A stretch of DNA of 64,000 nt, taken from Coniocarpon cinnabarinum (taxonomy: Eukaryota). The position numbers and the translations under genes were made by a program. The stretch spans positions 1 through 64,000 of the forward strand of contig JAVECO010000063.1 of the NCBI GenBank assembly GCA_051942205.1, in the 5' to 3' direction. The notes below the pieces were generated by a model. That model did no database searches and was not told the origin of the DNA. It saw only the letters and a program-made list of their open reading frames with translations. Shown in pieces: positions 12,186 to 24,185 of this stretch; position 1 is the first letter of the stretch; every line of letters begins with the position of its first letter.

Positions 12186-14501
12186 TCATCTTCTCACCCG
12201 ACTTCTACTCCGTGACCGCCGCCGTCTCTCATCTCGACTTCGTGACCTGTCTCGCCGCCGTTCTCGATCACGATCCCTGTCCCTGACCCGATCATAATCT
12301 CTCTCACGATCACGATGTCTTCTTTCGCGCTCTCTATCCCGGTCCCGACTCCGACTTCTGCTCCTCGAGTAGCTGCGGCGCCTTCGTCGATCCCTGTCCC
12401 TGTCTCTGTCCCTATCTCTTTCTCTTTCTCTATCTCGTTCCCGGTTACGCTCCCAAGACCGATCGCGATCTCGAGTACGACTACGTCGCCGCGGATGCCC
12501 CCGGTCGTCTTCAGCAGCACGGTCCACGATCTTCGTCCGAACACTGTCGTTCGGTCGTGCGGCTCGCGCGGACGTGCTCGGGACGTACCGATCAATCTCG
12601 GCGGGTGTGCTGTTTTTATCATGGCTACGATTGACTGGGCTGTGGTGAGAGTGTGCTGGAGACTGAGCGCCGCTATCATGGTGTGACCGATCATGAACTG
12701 GTGAGTTGTGTAGCTCATCGCGATGAGAGCGAGCACTCGTCGACACATGAGTATCGTCATGATAGGGACGCAAGTTTGTGGGCGCGGCAAAGGGGCGTTC
12801 ATTCCGCTGAGATCTGGGATGCGTGGGTGGTGCCGGAGAGAAGTCACGATGCGAAGATCGACCATTCGTAGGTCGAACATGGTCTTCTTCTTGCAAAGAC
12901 TGGTGATGTGTACGAGATCTGTCGTATTCGTCATGGTATGACCGCGAAAGTGTTAGAGAGCGGTGGCCATCGTCACGCTGCGAGCTTTTAGGTGCTAGAG
13001 AAGGTGGTGGTGCGATGGAAGGGCGGCGCCTTGCGCCATGGTCGACCCTCTCTGCAAAATCGTCGTGGCTTCGTTTACGATCGTAGCTTTGTCTTATTTC
13101 CGAATTATGATCCAGTCTCGCGCAATGATCACGCCTGAGGTCATCGTCCTGGAAGTTCTCGGATGCATGGCGAGACGTTGTTGCAGGACCATAATTCGAA
13201 GAGCGTCGCAGACTCGCAGCTTCACGAATTGCTGACATTTCACGAGATCGGCTCTCGCGACGCACATCGGGCTTATTTGCACTGTTGTATTGGGTTGAGG
13301 GGTTGGTGTGTTGTTCTGCGTGCCTTCCGTGTTGATGCTGCTGCTTGGGAGAGTCGTCGTACCCTCCTGAAGTCGTTGCATCTCCAGGTGTAGCTGGAGG
13401 ACGACTCCCAGTCGACCGGGCACTAGGTGAGGGCTGAGTTGGACCAGGAGACCTCATGGACGCGCCAGGTTGCAGTGAAGTGCTGTTCACGGGCTTTGCG
13501 TCGCTCTCTGTCCGCCTTTTGATAAGCCTTCGCGAAGTCGTTGAATCCACCCGTTCTAGATTTGCGATCTTTTCGCCTCTCTCTAGCTTCTCACGGCGCA
13601 TAATCTCGTCGATTGCGCTCTCCCTCTTCCCGCTGGATGAGCTCCTCAGTGGACTTGCAATGGCACCAGAGCTCTTCGCCGCCGCTTTCTTCCCTTCCCA
13701 CAAAAGCTCTTCAAGCGCTGCTTCTTTGATGTTCTTTTCGCGCTCCTTTCGAGCCTTCTCTTCGCGCTCCCTCTGCTCTGCCGCCCATTGGGCATCCTGC
13801 CTGGCCTTGCGCTCCGTGCGCTCTTTCATTTCAGCTTCACGCTTTGCATTTTCTGTCGCAAGAGCCTTCTGTCGAGCTTCTTCCTTCTCCTTGGCAACAC
13901 GATCACGCTCTTCCCTCTGTTTGACCAGCTCCTGTTCCCTTTTACGTAGTGCTTCAAGTTCCTTCTGTCGAGCTCGACGAATCTCATCTTCCCTTTGCTT
14001 TGCGCGTCGTTGCCTGCGGACCACAGCATCTTCTGCATACTCTTCGTCTGTTTTTGCCCCTTTGCGCTCCTCCTCAGCTGCAGCAGCATCACCCACATCC
14101 TTACGCCTCAACTCACGCAGCTCAGATCCAGCATCTCCCAAAAGGCTTTCAATCAGGTCCTCGACATCACTTTCAACCTTGCTATAAACGCCGCTTCGTT
14201 CAGCCGCGCCTTCGATCAACGGTGCAGCAAGCCTGCGGTCCTTAGCAAGCAAAGTTGGATTGCGCTCAATCTCATTCTCGGCTAGAGTGGTGATATCCTC
14301 AGCAAGGGTCGACTTGGATAATGAGGCCTCGAAAGATGACCAGACAGATTTGCGAAGAGAATCAAACGATCCGCGCTTCTTGTACGCGTGCAGGATGGTA
14401 TTGATGGCAGTGCGCTGATTCGCGGCAAGAGGGAGGTCAGGTAGTTTGAGTCGTTTGCGTGGGGGCTCGCCGCCATCTCTTGCCACTGCTGCGGACGCCA
14501 T
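12186..14501 (-). CDS. BOD1/Shg1 (COMPASS) domain protein with coiled coil and RD/RS-rich C-terminus
   Basis: ILHAYKKRGSFDSLRKSVW...AENEIERNPTLL...AAPLIEGA. First ATG at 14501. C-terminal RDRDRD/RSRSRS tract. Confidence 0.75.
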   Translation of the reverse strand: MASAAVARDGGEPPRKRLKLPDLPLAANQRTAINTILHAYKKRGSFDSLRKSVWSSFEASLSKSTLAEDITTLAENEIERNPTLLAKDRRLAAPLIEGAAERSGVYSKVESDVEDLIESLLGDAGSELRELRRKDVGDAAAAEEERKGAKTDEEYAEDAVVRRQRRAKQREDEIRRARQKELEALRKREQELVKQREERDRVAKEKEEARQKALATENAKREAEMKERTERKARQDAQWAAEQREREEKARKEREKNIKEAALEELLWEGKKAAAKSSGAIASPLRSSSSGKRESAIDEIMRREKLERGEKIANLERVDSTTSRRLIKRRTESDAKPVNSTSLQPGASMRSPGPTQPSPSARSTGSRPPATPGDATTSGGYDDSPKQQHQHGRHAEQHTNPSTQYNSANKPDVRRESRSREMSAIREAASLRRSSNYGPATTSRHASENFQDDDLRRDHCARLDHNSEIRQSYDRKRSHDDFAERVDHGARRRPSIAPPPSLAPKSSQRDDGHRSLTLSRSYHDEYDRSRTHHQSLQEEDHVRPTNGRSSHRDFSPAPPTHPRSQRNERPFAAPTNLRPYHDDTHVSTSARSHRDELHNSPVHDRSHHDSGAQSPAHSHHSPVNRSHDKNSTPAEIDRYVPSTSARAARPNDSVRTKIVDRAAEDDRGHPRRRSRTRDRDRSWERNRERDRERERDRDRDRDRDRRRRRSYSRSRSRSRDRDRERERRHRDRERDYDRVRDRDRDRERRRDRSRSRDERRRRSRSRSRVRR

Positions 14502-14891
14502 TGCAATCCCTGGGTTGCTCACTGATTATCAAAGTTATGCATCGCATTTCATGCAAGTCATCATGCAAATGTTGCAAGACTGAGAAAACAGCTATGAATT
14601 ATCGAGTCTTGAGACGCGTGACGAACTCGCGCTTGAGTCAGGTGCTCGGCTCAATGATTTTCCGCATGCTAAGCTTGCGATGAGCAGTAAGTAGTAGTAC
14701 GACAGCTCTAGCTTCACCCAGGCATGACCTCTTGCGAGAAGAACGCTCAAAGCCATTACGTCAAAAGTATCTTAAAGAAATTAACAGTGTTGGAGACTCA
14801 TTGATTGGGCTCCTTGTTGGGAAGTTACACGCGCATCCGCGCCGCGGCGCCTGCGTTTTTTCACTGTCAAACACGTCACGCGCCTGGCAAC

Positions 14892-15390
14892 ATGCACAAA
14901 ATACTACTATGGAGTGGCTTTGGTATATCGTCTCCCAGCCTGTAGCTGAGTCTTATCGTGCTACTATGCAACCATGTATTGGACGGCAGAATGCTGACCC
15001 AACCGCTGATCAGGAGTCGCTGTTCGACTGTGGCAGCTCGGCATTGAAATGCGCCCTTTCTTCAATCGACAATCACTTTGGGTTTACCCCGTGTACGCCG
15101 GACTGGGAGGGTCAGTGGGATACTGGCTTACTGGTGTGGAACAACGACAAGTGGCATTTCTCAATGAGCGACGAGAAGCCCTCCTGGAGAAGCGACGAAG
15201 GAGAGCATTACGAGAAGGGATTACTATGAAGGATGAGGACAGCGGAACAGTCGAGGGGCTCGTAGACACTGTGAAGAGTGTTGTGGGTTCAAAAGCAGAT
15301 GACAAGTCGAGTCAGGGAGAAGAGAAAGACGTGCCTCAGAGTGGTGTGGAGCTGACACCAGAGGAAGAAAGAGGTCCATCAATACAATAA
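14892..15390 (+). CDS. NADH:ubiquinone oxidoreductase (complex I) 14 kDa accessory subunit
   Basis: Exon 14892-14922 (MHKILLWSGF), intron 14923-15013, then GVAVRLWQLGIEMRPFFNRQSLWVYP...GYWL, typical of the fungal nuo-14 family. Confidence 0.8.
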
Positions 15391-15747
15391 GCATACAATG
15401 AAGCATACAGAGGGGCCTATCAGACTTCAGAAATGCATGATATTGCCCGTGGCAGACGCTGGATGTGCGGGCACGTTTAGCGGAGTAGTTGGCAAAGCTG
15501 TTCGATTGTTTGCTCTCAAATACCTGCATTGTTCCCGATTAAGACTGTACATATCCAGATGAGTGACAGATGTATTTGAAGTGCCTGGTTGTCGCGGTCG
15601 TCTTATCACTTGTGATTTGAGGGATGCGGGTCAAATCTTGCCCGTTCGGGGAATTTGCATTTCGGACTTTGTAGGTAGGTATGTAGGAAGCTAAAGCTCA
15701 AGAACCCGAGCTTGCTTCCAGCTGTTTCCTTCATAGCCAGCCTCATC

Positions 15748-16380
15748 ATGACTTCAGCAGCGCGCACCCCTTTGACACGGGCTTTTAGACATTTAAATGT
15801 CCGGCGCTGCGGCGTGTACTGCCATCCTGCGCTCTCTGTTCAAGCAGGACAGCAGATCCGACCGTTTTCATTAACCAGATCGGGTTCGCGGAACTCAGCT
15901 CGTGAAGTGCGACGATTATCTGACGAACGAACGTAGCTCTAGATAAAAGATATACACAAGATCACGAATGGGTTGAACTTGAGGGCGAAGCAAACATCGG
16001 TACAAAGCTTCCACATCCCGCCGGTGCGCGAGCAAACTAACATAAAGACAGGAAAGCTAGGCATATCAGAATATGCCGCGAAAGCATTAGGGGATGTAGT
16101 GTATGTTGAGCTACCCTCTGTAGGCACAGAGGTTGCAAAGGGGGATGCAATCGGCGCCGTTGAATCAGTGAAATCAGCTTCGGACATCATGACGCCCGTA
16201 GCAGGGACAATCATTGAGGCCAACAATCTACTTGAAGAGAAACCAGCGACGATCAACAAGAGTCCAGAAAGGGATGGCTGGATCGCAAAGATTGAGATCG
16301 GGAGCAAAGTCGAAATTGATTCCCTGATGGATAAACCTGCATACGACAAGTTCACGGGAGAGCAGGAAGCGGACACATAG
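15748..16380 (+). CDS. GCV3: Glycine cleavage system H protein, mitochondrial
   Basis: Arg-rich presequence; KRYTQDHEWV; LGDVVYVELP; lipoyl motif VESVKSASD; two introns. Confidence 0.95.
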
Positions 16381-16689
16381 AAGGCAGGCGTAGCAACTCG
16401 AACCACATACTCTGTCTTTTACATTGAAGCCGAAAGCGTTGACGGACGACGCGACTTGAGGACATGTGGCATTGTTAGATATGCCCGAAGATTTTCAACA
16501 ATTGAATTCATCGCTTACACCGCCGATGAACATGATGGTTGCGCTGGAAGATAAGCAGCACGCGTCCGGCGCTGTCTCCAGAAGCAGGTGGTTTTGCCTT
16601 CATGCGAAAGTTCGTCGAGCGGTCAATGGACGAGAGATCTCATCGAGATGATTTCACCTTCCCAACCTTGCGCCGTGCGTAAATACAAT

Positions 16690-16979
16690 TTATCGGTGCT
16701 GTAAAGCAGGGTCAATTTTTGCCAACTCATCGAGTAACAGCAACTTAGTTCGTACCTTGGTAAAGCCAATATCGGTACTCTTCTCGCGGAAACATTGACG
16801 GCAGATGTTGAGGCCATACTTGCGAATGAGACCTGCGCGGTGCGTACAGACGCGACTGTTGTTCACAATGCGTTAGTGGGGTGCGCGTTGCTCAACAATT
16901 GTGGACAAGTTGCCTACCATCCACGGGAACCTTTGCCATAAGTGCGCGGACGCTGGTACCAGACACTTTCGTGAGACAT
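16690..16979 (-). CDS. RPS29: 40S ribosomal protein S29 (uS14)
   Basis: Exons 16979-16918, 16855-16756 and 16698-16690 give [56 protein letters not shown]. Missed by the ORF track. Confidence 0.97.
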
Positions 16980-17368
16980 GACTGTATTCGAGCTTCTGAC
17001 GTTAAGACTTGGTGAGAAGGTTTATCGCTGTAAGCTGATCTGAGTGAAGGGTGCGGGATCTGGAAACCTACAGCGATATTGTGGATCTCAAATTGAGGCT
17101 CGATTACATAAGTCTGTGAGGGCCAAGAAGTCATGCCTGAAAACTACGGCGCCTGCATACCACGTGACAGGTCTGCATCGCAACACAGTCCCTTGGACTA
17201 CCTATGTTCATCAAACACCTCACTTTCGCTAGCACAGTCTTCAGACATGTGCATTGCTGACTGTCGTGTACACATCCTGCGTCCGGGAAGATGTTTCAAA
17301 GATTTGTGAGCAGGGGCTAGATCTTATCCCCCGGTGAGAACAGCTGGTGCTCTCAAGCCGTCGCAATC

Positions 17369-18775
17369 ATGGACGTTGAAGAAGCTCGTGAATTTCATGC
17401 GAATGATCTTAGCCCATACGAAGCCTACCCAGCGAACGGTGGTGACTGTCATCTGCAAGACTCGCATAACTTGCAAATCTCAAACACCCGCAACAGCTTG
17501 CTTCACCCCTCTCTGACTACGTCTCTTGCACATGTTCCATACCAAGTTCCCAATATCCAAACGCGGCTGCAACGTTCTCGAGATGTCCGTCGCGACGTGA
17601 CCAAAAATCTTCTCAGTACGAATGAAGATCTGGAGGGACTTGTTGCTGAGCTTCAGACCAAAGTAACCACGCTTGAGATCGAGAACAGTTATCTGCGGAT
17701 GGATGCAAGATCTTCGACAATAGCCACGAGCGTTTCCAACGTGCATGGCAGACAGACGTCATTCACAACATCTAGCAGGACGTTTGCGGTGATGCTGTTG
17801 GATGCAGATGCCTATACCTTTCGAAGTGAATATCTTGTTGATGGAACAAACGGTGGGCATCAAGCTGCAGACGAGCTTTATAGACGGACATCAGATTACC
17901 TTCATCAAGAGCTTCTCGTTCCTTCAACTGAACCAATACAGATCATCGTCCATGCTTACGCCCATTGTCAGGGCCTGTGTAATGCTCTTCTCAGGTTTGG
18001 TATCATCAAGTCCGAAAAGACATTTTCGTTATTTGTGGAGGCGTTCAATCAAAGATTTCCCTTTTTTGAGTTTGCGAATGTTGGCAGTGGTAAGGAGCGT
18101 GCTGACAATAAGATTCGTGAATGGCTCCAACATTATCTTGAACAACCTCAATGCGAGCATATAATCCTAGGCTGCAGCCATGACAGAGGCTATGAAACGT
18201 TTTTACAAAAATTTGCTGGAGACGTACGATCGCGGTGTAAATTGACAATGCTCGACGGCCCCGCTAACAGCATCAACTTTCGATCCATGGGGTTTACTAA
18301 ACGTGTTGCTATGTGGACAGTGTTTGCGACAGAGCCAATATCCCGTAGTAATACATCAATCCAGGCTCAGAACAATATCGGACATGACCCACCCAGTTCA
18401 GAGACATGTGCTGCCACTGACACAGCGCGGGTACCACAAAACAACACGCATGCTCAAGGTACAGGCAAGAATAGTCACCTCGCTCCATCGCCGCCGAAGA
18501 ATCAAAGAGGCACAGCATCTCAGCCACAGCAACGTGATTCACAACGTACAACGAGGGAGTCTTCCAATCCAACCTCGCCCAACAAATTGAGGGCCGTGCC
18601 TCGCGCAGCTGATAACCCCAGGCGATTACTCTCGGGCCCACCAACAAGAGATCGGCAAGATTCAAGTCAAGAGCCCGCGCGGGAGGTCTTACAAGGTGCG
18701 GACCCAGCTCGACCTAGTATATGGCAATTATGGTGGCAGAGACTTACCGCCACGGACGCCCTCCACGTTAGATGA
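17369..18775 (+). CDS. Fungal coiled-coil + NYN/PIN-like domain protein (DUF7923-type)
   Basis: 468-aa ORF with motifs VMLLDADAY, GGHQAA, GSGKERADNKIRE and ILGCSHDRGY. Disordered tail with no obvious CCCH finger. Confidence 0.7.
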   Translation: MDVEEAREFHANDLSPYEAYPANGGDCHLQDSHNLQISNTRNSLLHPSLTTSLAHVPYQVPNIQTRLQRSRDVRRDVTKNLLSTNEDLEGLVAELQTKVTTLEIENSYLRMDARSSTIATSVSNVHGRQTSFTTSSRTFAVMLLDADAYTFRSEYLVDGTNGGHQAADELYRRTSDYLHQELLVPSTEPIQIIVHAYAHCQGLCNALLRFGIIKSEKTFSLFVEAFNQRFPFFEFANVGSGKERADNKIREWLQHYLEQPQCEHIILGCSHDRGYETFLQKFAGDVRSRCKLTMLDGPANSINFRSMGFTKRVAMWTVFATEPISRSNTSIQAQNNIGHDPPSSETCAATDTARVPQNNTHAQGTGKNSHLAPSPPKNQRGTASQPQQRDSQRTTRESSNPTSPNKLRAVPRAADNPRRLLSGPPTRDRQDSSQEPAREVLQGADPARPSIWQLWWQRLTATDALHVR

Positions 18776-19002
18776 TTAAACTGCATCAATACAAGGTGAA
18801 AGGATGGTTTCAAACCTGCGGAAATCACATAGCGTTTAACGGATTCGTTGATAGATGGATGGATCAAGAGGCGTGGGCAGTGAGTTGCTCCATGCATTAC
18901 TATGAACTTCGTCTACATCGTTTAATGTTTGAGGTGAGGCTTTGAAAGACACTCCAGGCATCCATCCCAATCCTCCAATGCTCATACCCTTTACTGCACC
19001 CT

Positions 19003-19747
19003 CTACTGCTTGCCTGATTCCCCACTTGACTGTTCTTGACCGCTGTTGCTCGAGCCCAGCACTCCTCCCACGGAGCCCAGAGCACCACCCACTGACCCTA
19101 CAGCACTCTGACCTGCGCTTGCAGCCCCGCCTGCCGCGTTTTGACCAGCTTCCGCCGCGCCTCCAGCCGCATTTTTACCAGCGTCCGCTGCCCCACCAGC
19201 AGCGTTGCCGAGGCCACTGGCGGCGTTGCCCAAACCACTTGCAGCGCCCTTGCCGTAGTCAGCAGCGCCACTTGCTGTGCCACTCATGGAGGGAATGTAT
19301 GAGCCCGATTCGTCTTTGCCACCTCTCTCAGCGCGGTTGATGCCCTCTTTCGATGTCATGTTGCCCACGCCTTCGAGCGCGCCGCCCTGACCAAACTGCT
19401 CGGCGACGCCTTGGTTGACGCCCTTTTGTGCTTTGCCAAGAGGGCTGAGGAGGCCCTTGTCATCAAAGACCTGTGTCTTGTTGAGAGTGTCTTAATTTGT
19501 GACGATCAGCCTTTGGACATGCTCCAGGGAGAAACGCGTGCACAATACCTTCTGTGGCATAGGAGGTCTTGTTGTGATTCGTGAACCATTTCAGATACTG
19601 GTCCTCGAGCCATGGCTTATAATTCTCCCACTGGTGGCCCGCGTAATCGCTTCCGGATTGATAGTATTCACCGCCCTTGTGTTTGAGCCAGGCGTAATAG
19701 CCCTCGGGGGGCTGCTCATTGGAGTTGGACTGATCCTGCGAAGACAT
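19003..19747 (-). CDS. Uncharacterised fungal protein with Gly/Ala-rich repeat C-terminus
   Basis: Exons 19747-19549 and 19490-19003 join in frame. Repeats AASGLGN and AGxNAAGGAA. Confidence 0.8.
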
Positions 19748-21175
19748 TTTCGGCTTGGTAGGCTTGCAATTGTGAACTGGCGGTAGGTACTGCTGTGGCT
19801 GGTAAGGAGAGAGTGCAGGGATCAGGCGGAGGTTAAGTCGGAGGCAGAATGATGCAATGGCATGCCAGATCCCTCGATCAACACGCGTCGGAAATCAAGG
19901 CACGCGCATGAAGCTACCTACGTCATTGCTCGAGCCCCTCCTAGTACCCAATCCGGGTCACGTGCCTGAACAGAGATTGATGAAAGATACGGAGCACATG
20001 TTCACTACGGCAATTTGACGTTCGAATGACCTTGAAGGTACTTGTGTCCAGCGCGAGGACTCAGCACCATATTGGGTGGCTGCATCAGTCCACCACCGCC
20101 AACTAGGTGAGCGTCTCACTGGGAGCCAGGCTGCGTTCTCACGCCTCGACTGGAAATAAGAGACAAGCTCTGTCACGCTAGATTGCGGCGGGCAGTCGAA
20201 GCATCAGAAGCGTAGCGCCAGGACGGGCGCGTCCACGGAAAGTGTATCTCAAGCACGTGCTAGCCCGATGGGCGCTTGCATAGGTAGGTAGGTGAATCTG
20301 CCATTAATACTTTGTATGATAGGTGTCCCCGTGGACTTTACGCGCTTCCGCGCCGAGAACATGTTCGTAAATCGCCATTTTCGCTCGTCGTAGCACTAAT
20401 ATATGCGTTTACAATGGACGCATCGACATTGCCATTGGCATCGACTTGCTATTGCAAAGACTGGGATCATTGCGGGGCCCTCCGCACGTCCGCGAGTCAC
20501 CAAATCGACTAGCAACATGAGTTGCAGAGTGCAGACCGGGCTGGGGTGCGTGCGGCACAACAGTGCAAGACGTATTAATAGTATACCGGGCTGGACTGCA
20601 GGTCACCCAACCGATGCCGACCTCATTCCCGTCACTCTAAACTGCTTGGATCCTACTTCGAGATCCGCCTATTCCTTCATTGCAGCCCCACCACCACCTT
20701 ACTGGCTTCTGTGGCTTTAGGTATGGGGCCTGAGTCTGGATCCAAGGATCTTGTCCCGCGCTTCTCGCTTGCCGACATTCCTGTATGGTCCGCCCTCTGT
20801 AACCAAGGAAGCTTGCACTGCCGACGCCCAGAACTGGACGTTTTGCCACGCTCGCAGGCATGGCGACTGCGTCCGTGCGTCCTTTTGAGTATTAGGCGCT
20901 CTCCACGGCGCTGTTAGTGCACGGTGGGCGATTCCGCGCTTCGGATGGCTTCGGTCAAGTCTACAGCAGGAACTGGATGCATGCCTGTAGGACTACAAGT
21001 AGGATCATTGTTGCTCCCGTGTCTTTGATGTGAACCCTCACTTGTCACATCGTCACTACTCTCTTTAGACTTCCCGTAGTTTCAAGCAAAAGGGACATTT
21101 TCTTCATATCTTTTGCAAGCTTCGACTCGCGTTTTCTCAGCATTGGTCTCCTTGACACCAAACCCGACGCTCACA

Positions 21176-22421
21176 ATGGCGATGCCTAGCCCGGCTGAGA
21201 TGGCTTTCCAACAAGAACATGCGGGCGACACACGCGTACCGGACATGATGGTCGCCTTCGTCTTCAGTCTTGCAGTCACCCATATAGCCATCGCACTGCG
21301 ATTCCTCGCACGAAGGGTGAAACAACAGCCATACAAATGGGATGACTGGATCATATTGATCTCAGCAGCAGTCACATCGGCCTACATCGGCGTCATGATG
21401 GGCCTGACCCGCCTCGGCTACGGCCACCACGCCGTGACGGTGAAAGATCCTGCATCTCTGGCAATGGTACGCGCAACGCCGAGCCACCACTCAGCGCGAA
21501 CTGTAGAAACTCATCAGATTAACAGGGTCTCTTGATTGCCGAACTCCTGTACAGCATCTCCATCTGTCTCATCAAGACCAGCACCCTCTTCTTCATCCAC
21601 CGCGTCTTCGCCTCTCCGGCTTTAAAGCCCTACCTCTGGGCCGTGGGGATACTCATCCACGCCTACTCACTGGTCCTTGGTGTGTGCGTCATGACGCAGT
21701 GCACGCCACTTGCTGCACTGTGGAATCCTCAGCTGGCTATGCACGCGCACTGCATCCCCATCTCGACCGTCTTTATTGTCACGAGCGCGATGAACGCCCT
21801 CACCGACTTACTGCTGCTGGCAATGCCAATGCCTTTCCTATGGAGATTGAACATGAGCTGGCGAAGAAAGGCCCAGATCAGTATAGTATTTGTGTGTGGT
21901 GCATGTGTCTTTGCAATCAGTATCGCGAGAGCGCCTATGCTAGTGAACGTGTCCCCTGTAGATCCCAGCTGTGAGTGACCGCCTCGGCGAGAGAGTGACG
22001 GGCTGGTTCAAGAGAGCACAAAACGCTAACGCCATTAACAGGGAATAACGTCAACGGGGGCATATGGTCCGCTATCGAATCGGGTGTGGGCACGCTTTGC
22101 GCATGCCTCCCTACCTTTGGGGTCCTCTTCACTGCTCTGCGGGACCGCTCGCGCAAGTCGGGATACCAGTACCGGTTGGACGACACCGAGCACGCATCAA
22201 AATCGGCCGGTCAAAATGATGGAAATGCATTATTCAGCCGGCCTGGGAAGGAGGTCACGTTCACGGTGCAAGAGGAGCCTACATCGGCACCAAGAGACAG
22301 AGGATTTGGTGAAGAGGGGTTTGCGTTGGGAGAGATGGGAACGAGGGCCAGGGCTGAAGGAGTTAACGTGCCGGTACGACCAACATCAAGGTCGTGGTAC
22401 CGCGAGAGAACGACACTTTGA
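21176..22421 (+). CDS. PTH11-like integral membrane protein (fungal rhodopsin-domain GPCR, no CFEM)
   Basis: IALRFLARR...WDDW, GYGHH, LIKTS, TDLLLLAMPMPFLWRL, IESGVGTLCACLP; two introns. Confidence 0.88.
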
Positions 22422-22716
22422 GGACTCAAAATATCAGGCTTTATATCGATACGAACAACTGAATGTTTAATGAGCTAGTGTACATCTTAGGTTCACTTCA
22501 TCGTTTGCTAAGTACATCCTTCGAGCGTGTGAAGATCAAGTGAAGTCTGATTCGATGACTGTTGAAAGCTGATGTGTGCTTGATCGAGAGATCAAAGGAC
22601 TTTCAACGACTCGCTCGTCTCGTGAGTGGCGCGCGTCGCCCACATCACGAGGATATCAGCAATCCCGTGCTTGCCATTCGATCTGACTTTACTCAGAAAG
22701 TCTTCCATCGCCAACC

Positions 22717-23816
22717 TCAGTACGTGGCTGCCAAGCGCTGGACGAGGTAATCTCCACTATTGATGCCCTCGTACTTCTTTGGCTTGCCTTCGAGAGTTCC
22801 AGGGACGACGTCGATGAATTTATCGAAGTCTGGATTGCAAAAGTACGCAATGCTATACCTGGGAGGATAAACATCCTCCTGAGGAGCTCCATCAACCCTG
22901 TGTCCAGCGGGTGCTGTGTCCAAAGGAGGCTCGACGACACGGTGGTGCGTGCTTTTGATGGTGTCATTCACCCACCTAGCTAGCAAATCGCCTGCATTGA
23001 CGATGATAGTTCCTGGTAAGGGTTTGGCATTCACCCAAGTCACTCCGTCTGGATGCTGGACCTGGAGGCCACCTCGATCGTCCTGGAAAAGCAACGTTAT
23101 ACTACCGTAATCTGTGTGCGCCCCAGCTCTGACTTGACCTTGATTCCGCTCGAAGACGCTTCTTTCGACAGCCGGATAATGCAGCAAGCGCAATGTGTTG
23201 TCGCCAACATTGGTGTACTCGTCGAACCAACACTCATCTATACCAAGGCCGACCGCAATAGCTCTGAGGATGTGCATATGTAATTTTTTGCAGCTTGAGA
23301 AAAATTGGATCATGTGATCGCGAAATTCGGCAGGATGTAGCTCGCTTGTCTCCGCTGACGGCCACTGATTTGGCATGTCTGGAACTCCTTCACGACCAAT
23401 CTCAAAGCTCTCCTTTAAGTCCGGATTCGATGCCCTTAGATCCGCGATACCATCCTTGTCCAAGACGTTGGTGACCTTCTCCTGGCCCATACAAGAGTAC
23501 CCGCGGTTGCTCTCAGGCCTGTCCCATGCCAAGGCATTTTTGGCTTCCAAAGACAAACCGAAGAACGCGGCCGATTCCACAAATGCAGTCTCGACATTTT
23601 CGAAAGGGATGCCATAATTCTTTAGGTAAAGAAAGCCATATTCACGGAAGGCACGGTAAATTTCCTTCCCTATACGTATACGCTCGTCGGAAGATGCATC
23701 TTGCCATAAAAAAGGTCCAAAGTCTATGATCTGGGAGTATCAGCATATAGTGCGGGTTGTCTGCAGCTGCTTTGATAGATCCGACTAACTGGCAGTCCGG
23801 TGTCGTTTGTTGCCAT
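22717..23816 (-). CDS. Thymine 7-hydroxylase (thymine dioxygenase), 2OG-Fe(II) oxygenase
   Basis: Exons 23816-23790 and 23730-22717. NRGYS, HTDYGSITLLFQD, HRVV, RYSIAYF and the ending INSGDYLVQRLAATY closely resemble Neurospora T7H as recalled. Confidence 0.88.
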
Positions 23817-24185
23817 TTTCTCCTGTCCCCAACAACCTGTATAATTCCTGCGCAGCAGCCCGGGATCGTGAAGCGCTCAATATCTGCGCTTACACCAGAA
23901 TCGATCTACCCCGAAGAGCGTTTTCAGATGCGCACAGGTGTGTACACTGGAAGACACGTGAAGCTAAATGGGGCAGCGGCCGGGCGAGCGCCTGGAACAC
24001 GTGGGGCAACTGTACCTGCAGCAGCTTATCTTCTAGCTTGATAGAGTCTTGAAACGGCATGAGATGGAATTTGCTAGTCGGCGAGAAGGTCCACAATTCA
24101 CACAGACAGACAAGTAATTCGCAGTTCCCGCCTTCGACGCAGCCAGCTGGGGTGTTATTGTCAGATCAGACTCAAGTCCTTCAGC

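Noticed and set aside
13456..14187. 243-aa Ser/Leu/Phe-rich + strand ORF (and the 12194-12934 alternative frame)
   Set aside because: These are antisense or frame shadows of the E/K/R-rich Shg1-like gene.
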